A DNA stretch of 39,090 nt from Polyangiales bacterium. GTDB lineage: Bacteria; Myxococcota_A; Polyangia; Polyangiales; Polyangiaceae. The DNA is taken from contig JBBRNJ010000081.1 of NCBI GenBank assembly GCA_038230375.1, forward strand, positions 1 to 39,090, in the 5' to 3' direction. The notes below the pieces were generated by a model. The model worked only from the letters and a program-made list of their open reading frames with translations. It was not told the origin of the DNA and made no database searches. This document shows, piece by piece, positions 35,480 to 39,090 of this stretch. The translations under genes and the position numbers were made by a program. How positions within the stretch are numbered: position 1 is the stretch's first letter; each line of letters begins with the position of its first letter.

Positions 35480-37162
35480 TCACGTGAACGCCAGGGCACG
35501 TGAACGCGAGACCACAACGCCCCTCATGGCAAGCCCAAGATCCTTCGCGATCTCGTTCGCCACGCGACCACCCGACACAACAGCCCCCTCCATGAACCCC
35601 TGGTACGTCTTGTTCGTGTGCTCGCCGCAGAAGTGCAGGTTCTGCCATCGCTCGCGCTCGATGCCGCCGAACGCCGTCGCCTGCGCGACCTTGTATCCGG
35701 AGTAGCTGCCCTTCGCGTACGGGTTGGTGGGCCATGCCCCGCGCACGACCTTGCCGTTCGCCGCTGCCTTCGCGCCCGGGTACACCTTGTCCAGGTTCGC
35801 AAGGAACGTTGCAAGCTGTGACTCCGGCGTACCGTTGCCGATCGCGAGGCCCGTCTGCCCGCCGGTGTAGTTCGTGAGGATGCCGGACGCGCCGGGCTGC
35901 AGGCGGCTCGTGTCCCACGCTTCCTGGAAGCCCACGTCGGTGATGGTGGTGCCGTCGTAGCCGGCGGCGTTCCAGAAGCGCGTGGAGAAGCCCGCCATCA
36001 GCTTGGAGTTCTGCCCGTAGCCCACCTCGCTGATCGCGCGGAGCTTCAGCGTCGGCAGGCTCACGCCGCCCAGGTCCACGTCACGGAGCACCGAGAATGG
36101 AAGCGAGATCACGACATGCTCTGCGAGCACATCTCGTGTGGTCCCGCCGCCCATGTCGAACGACGCCGTGTACCGTCCGTCGGAATTCCGGATGATGCGA
36201 ACGAGCTTCGCGCTGTACGTGATGTTTGCGGAGCCGACCTTCTCCACGAGCTTCTCGATGAACGACGCGTTGCCGTTCTTCGTGGTGAAGCGCTCGTCGG
36301 AGCCAGGGTTGGTGTCGTAGTTCGGCGCGTCGATGAACTGCACCAGGTTGAGCGCGCTGGATACGTCGACCTCCAGGCCGTACTCCGTGGTGTAGGCGAC
36401 CTCCAGGATGGTGCGGATGGTCCCCGAAAGTCCCGACTGATCCAGGAACTGCGAGATGGACATCGCATCCAGCGCCTGCCCGCCGTTCGGATTCAGATAC
36501 GTGCAGCTTGCATCTGGATTGGTGAGCATCGCGAGCGCGTCTTTCACCTTCTGCGCGACGGGCTTCCACGCGGTCGCGAGCTCCGCGTTCGTGAGCGTCT
36601 TCCCGCCGAAGTAGTCGAGTTCGGCGATGTACGGCTTGCCGCTGGGCGCGACGAGCGTGTTGTAGTCGTAGAGATCGATCCCAAGCTCGGTCGCAAGCGC
36701 GAGCATCGTCTTGTGCACGCTGTCGATCAGCTCGGCGCCCACCTCGCAGTGCATGCCTTCGGGAAAGGTGGTGCGATCCGTCACGACGCGCCCACCCGCG
36801 CTCTTCTGCGCCTCGTAGATCGCGGGTGACAGGCCGAGCTGCGTGAGCCGGTATGCGCAATGGAGGCCCGAGAGGCCGGCGCCGACGATGAGGACCTTGG
36901 CTTCCACTCCGCCACCACCGCCGCCACCACCCCCGCCGTCACTGCCCGTGCCCGGCAACGGCCCGCCACCACCGCCGCTGCTGCTGCCACACGCCCAGAG
37001 CGCGACCGGCGCGCCAGCGACCAGCGCGAGCGCCCGACGACGCGACACCGCGCGCTCGTGCGTGATCTCGCGCAGCTCGTCGAGCGGAATGCCGGTTCGC
37101 TCGCTCTCCGCGAACGATCGGAACAGACGCTGGAGGGCGCGCGCAATCGGCGTTCTGGCCAT
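35480..37162 (-). CDS. flavin monoamine oxidase family protein
   Basis: IVGAGLSGL..A (GxGxxG), EAQ..GGRV, EVGAELID, FCGEHT, QGFMEGAV.SG; internal SRRRAL plus LWAC signal-like segment. Confidence 0.9.
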   Translation of the reverse strand: MARTPIARALQRLFRSFAESERTGIPLDELREITHERAVSRRRALALVAGAPVALWACGSSSGGGGGPLPGTGSDGGGGGGGGGGVEAKVLIVGAGLSGLHCAYRLTQLGLSPAIYEAQKSAGGRVVTDRTTFPEGMHCEVGAELIDSVHKTMLALATELGIDLYDYNTLVAPSGKPYIAELDYFGGKTLTNAELATAWKPVAQKVKDALAMLTNPDASCTYLNPNGGQALDAMSISQFLDQSGLSGTIRTILEVAYTTEYGLEVDVSSALNLVQFIDAPNYDTNPGSDERFTTKNGNASFIEKLVEKVGSANITYSAKLVRIIRNSDGRYTASFDMGGGTTRDVLAEHVVISLPFSVLRDVDLGGVSLPTLKLRAISEVGYGQNSKLMAGFSTRFWNAAGYDGTTITDVGFQEAWDTSRLQPGASGILTNYTGGQTGLAIGNGTPESQLATFLANLDKVYPGAKAAANGKVVRGAWPTNPYAKGSYSGYKVAQATAFGGIERERWQNLHFCGEHTNKTYQGFMEGAVVSGGRVANEIAKDLGLAMRGVVVSRSRALAFT

Positions 37163-37213
37163 CGCAGTAAAGCTTACTACGACCGCAGTGACGCGCCCAT
37201 GGGTGGTGCCGGC

Positions 37214-38131
37214 CTACTCGAGTCCGATGGCTCGGGTGTTGAGCAGGTGCGTGTAGGTCGCCTTCATTTCATCGGGCAACGGCGAGCGCTCCACGAGCTT
37301 GACGCACTCAGGGAGGACGTCGCGCAGCTCGCGGAGGACGCGCGTCGCTGCGCGTTCGGGCAGCTTGCAGTAGCTGGCGAGCTCGAGCCAATGGCGGCGC
37401 GTGAGGTTGTCCTTCTTCCCGCCGACGGGGAGCGCCAGCTGATCATCGGCGATGACGAGACGGGTACACACCAGATCGTACGCCGGAGAAAGGCGCTGCA
37501 GACCATCCTCGCCGGCGAGCAACGAGAAGTTCTTCAAGTGCATGTCGCCGTTGCCGGTCAGCCAGCAAAACACGACGCGCCTGTACAGCTTCGTTACCTC
37601 GATGAGCGGCTCGCTCGCGAACCTTCGCAGCAAGCGAACGCACAGCTCGACCGAACCGTCGTACTTCGCAGCGGGAAGGAGCTCGCCGAGCTGACAGAAA
37701 TCCTCCTGACGAAGCTTTCTCCCGCTCGGAGGTCGATCGAAGCGCGAGACCACGTACGCGGGCGATCCATCTTTCAACGGAACCAGCGCGCATGGAGGGA
37801 TCTCGACACCTGCGAGCGCCGCGAGCCGCATCGTCGTGATCTCGTTCTCTGGCAATGACGGGAACTCTCGACCAGTGGGCTTGAGAATGTAGCGGCCCTT
37901 GTCGACCTCGAGCCGAAGGGTCGCGCGATCGCCGGAGAGGCCGAGTGAGATCTTGCGCTGGACTCCGGAGATCGACGTGTGACCTGCCATGGCGAGCCCG
38001 AGCGTGTGGAGCTGCGCCAGCTCGACGGCGATCAGCGGCAGCGTCGGCGTCCCGAAGAGCTGCATGAGGCACGCGACGTGGTACCGCTCCGGCGGAGCGA
38101 TCGGTTGCAGACATGCCTGACACGCACTCAT
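37214..38131 (-). CDS. hipT: HipT/HipA-family kinase toxin (lacks the HipA N-terminal subdomain)
   Basis: Start MSACQAC overlaps the upstream stop (ATGA); SISGVQRK, YILKP, RFDR, EDFCQ, GNGDMHLKNFS, LSPAYD. Confidence 0.9.
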   Translation of the reverse strand: MSACQACLQPIAPPERYHVACLMQLFGTPTLPLIAVELAQLHTLGLAMAGHTSISGVQRKISLGLSGDRATLRLEVDKGRYILKPTGREFPSLPENEITTMRLAALAGVEIPPCALVPLKDGSPAYVVSRFDRPPSGRKLRQEDFCQLGELLPAAKYDGSVELCVRLLRRFASEPLIEVTKLYRRVVFCWLTGNGDMHLKNFSLLAGEDGLQRLSPAYDLVCTRLVIADDQLALPVGGKKDNLTRRHWLELASYCKLPERAATRVLRELRDVLPECVKLVERSPLPDEMKATYTHLLNTRAIGLE

Positions 38132-38469
38132 GAGAGCGGGATTACCTCGACGGCGCCGATACAGTCGGCGCACGTCGCGAGGAGCAACCCAAACCAATCG
38201 TCGGGGGCGATCTTCAACTTCGCGCGAGCGATCTCGTAGAGCCATCCCTCCGGCAACAGGTTGCCGAAGAACGGGTGCAACGTCGTCCATTCATACGGCT
38301 CCGCGCGAACGGGAAGCGTGAGCGAGACGGGCACCGCGTCCTTCGCCGCGACCCACGACGTGTCGTAGGTGAATCGAATCGTGCGGCCCTCGATCTCCTC
38401 GATCTGCCCGACCCTCTGGCCGTCGATGCGAACGACGCCCGTCCGCACCCTGGTCGGCGGCGCGCTCAC
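38128..38469 (-). CDS. hipS: HipS / stand-alone HipA N-terminal domain antitoxin
   Basis: FTYD..W, PVSLTLP, LHPFFGNLLPEGW, DCIGAV; translationally coupled on both sides. Confidence 0.88.
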   Translation of the reverse strand: MSAPPTRVRTGVVRIDGQRVGQIEEIEGRTIRFTYDTSWVAAKDAVPVSLTLPVRAEPYEWTTLHPFFGNLLPEGWLYEIARAKLKIAPDDWFGLLLATCADCIGAVEVIPLS

Positions 38470-38699
38470 TCCACGTCCCTGGGCGCGTTGGTCACGCCGA
38501 GCGTCTTGCCGAAGATGGCGAGCACGCTGTTGACGGAGTCCATGCGCAGACTCGGCTTGTCTGCCTCGAGGTCGACGATGAACCGCACGCCAACGCCAGC
38601 GAGCTCCGCAAGCTTTCGCTGGGTGAGCCCGTTCGACTTGCGCCGCGCGCGCACGAATCCAGCGATGGATGATTCCCGATCGGGAATATTCGCGCTCAT
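38466..38699 (-). CDS. hipB: HipB-like XRE helix-turn-helix regulator (y4mF type)
   Basis: [49 protein letters not shown] at 38699 preferred. Confidence 0.88.
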   Translation of the reverse strand: MSANIPDRESSIAGFVRARRKSNGLTQRKLAELAGVGVRFIVDLEADKPSLRMDSVNSVLAIFGKTLGVTNAPRDVE

Positions 38700-38826
38700 T
38701 TCTCGGAGCGTAGCACGTTCACCCGCCAAATGTTCCCGTTCGGGAATATTGTTCCCGATCGGGTAAACAACACGAAAATAGGAGCCTCAAAGGGCCAGAA
38801 GGCCCCGAATGTTCCCGATCGGGAAC
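38672..38826. promoter_or_regulatory. array of four palindromic HipB operators TTCCCGATCGGGAA
   Basis: Cores at 38673-38686, 38733-38746 (1 mismatch), 38752-38765 (1 mismatch), 38812-38825. Confidence 0.85.
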
Positions 38827-38897
38827 GCTATTCGATGGTGGTTAGCACGCCAGTCGCGTCAGCAGCCGTTGTCCTCAATTTTAGAGACTCCGCGCCG

Positions 38898-39090
38898 GCG
38901 GGCAGGCGCGGGCTTGCGGAGGCGCTCGAGCTGGATCCGAAGCACGCGCTAAAGCAGGTCGACCGACTCCTGAGTAACCAGGGCATCGACGTATGGGCCT
39001 GGTTTTCCCAGTGGATCCTCTACATCGTCGGCGCTCGGAAGGAGGCGCTCGTCGCGCTGGACTGGACCGAATTCGACAAGGACGGCCAGA
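38898..39090 (+). mobile_element. IS4-family transposase fragment, apparently 5'-truncated, running off the window
   Basis: Open frame from ATG 38835 gives ...[63 protein letters not shown], matching the [13 protein letters not shown] / VAxDWT pattern I recall from IS4-family DDE transposases. Confidence 0.7.

Noticed and set aside
38132..38290. Extended start of the HipT ORF at 38290
   Set aside because: Overlaps hipS out of frame; the coupled ATG at 38131 is the more plausible start

Overview
High-GC window that reads as myxobacterial, probably Polyangia/Labilithrix-like (inferred from Hanks kinases, a MYXO-CTERM-like tail, DGG/DAG-rich lipoproteins and the EPS gene set). Bases ~1-29 kb hold a dispersed Wzx/Wzy-dependent exopolysaccharide locus of the Myxococcus type: a GH5 lipoprotein, WecB/TagA/CpsF GT, stand-alone BY-pseudokinase (EcpK/WzeX-like), SGNH protein, Wzy, kinase-less co-polymerase, OM beta-barrel, Wzx, GT4, a GT-C/acyltransferase fusion, ATP-grasp and a short OPX. 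It is interrupted by two Ser/Thr kinases, a YceI / heme-motif beta-barrel / heme-motif MYXO-CTERM / Rieske / molybdoenzyme redox cassette, and two heme-c copper monooxygenase lipoproteins. The right part has two SMP-30/gluconolactonase lipoproteins, a divergent Coq4-like/TetR pair with operators, a flavin amine oxidase, a tripartite hipBST toxin-antitoxin operon with four palindromic operators, and an IS4-family transposase remnant at the edge. Non-coding highlights: two copies of a 143-bp structured palindromic element with compensatory base changes, a candidate ~130-nt sRNA, and hexamer tracts sitting right after stop codons. All family assignments come from motif recognition by eye; no database search was run.
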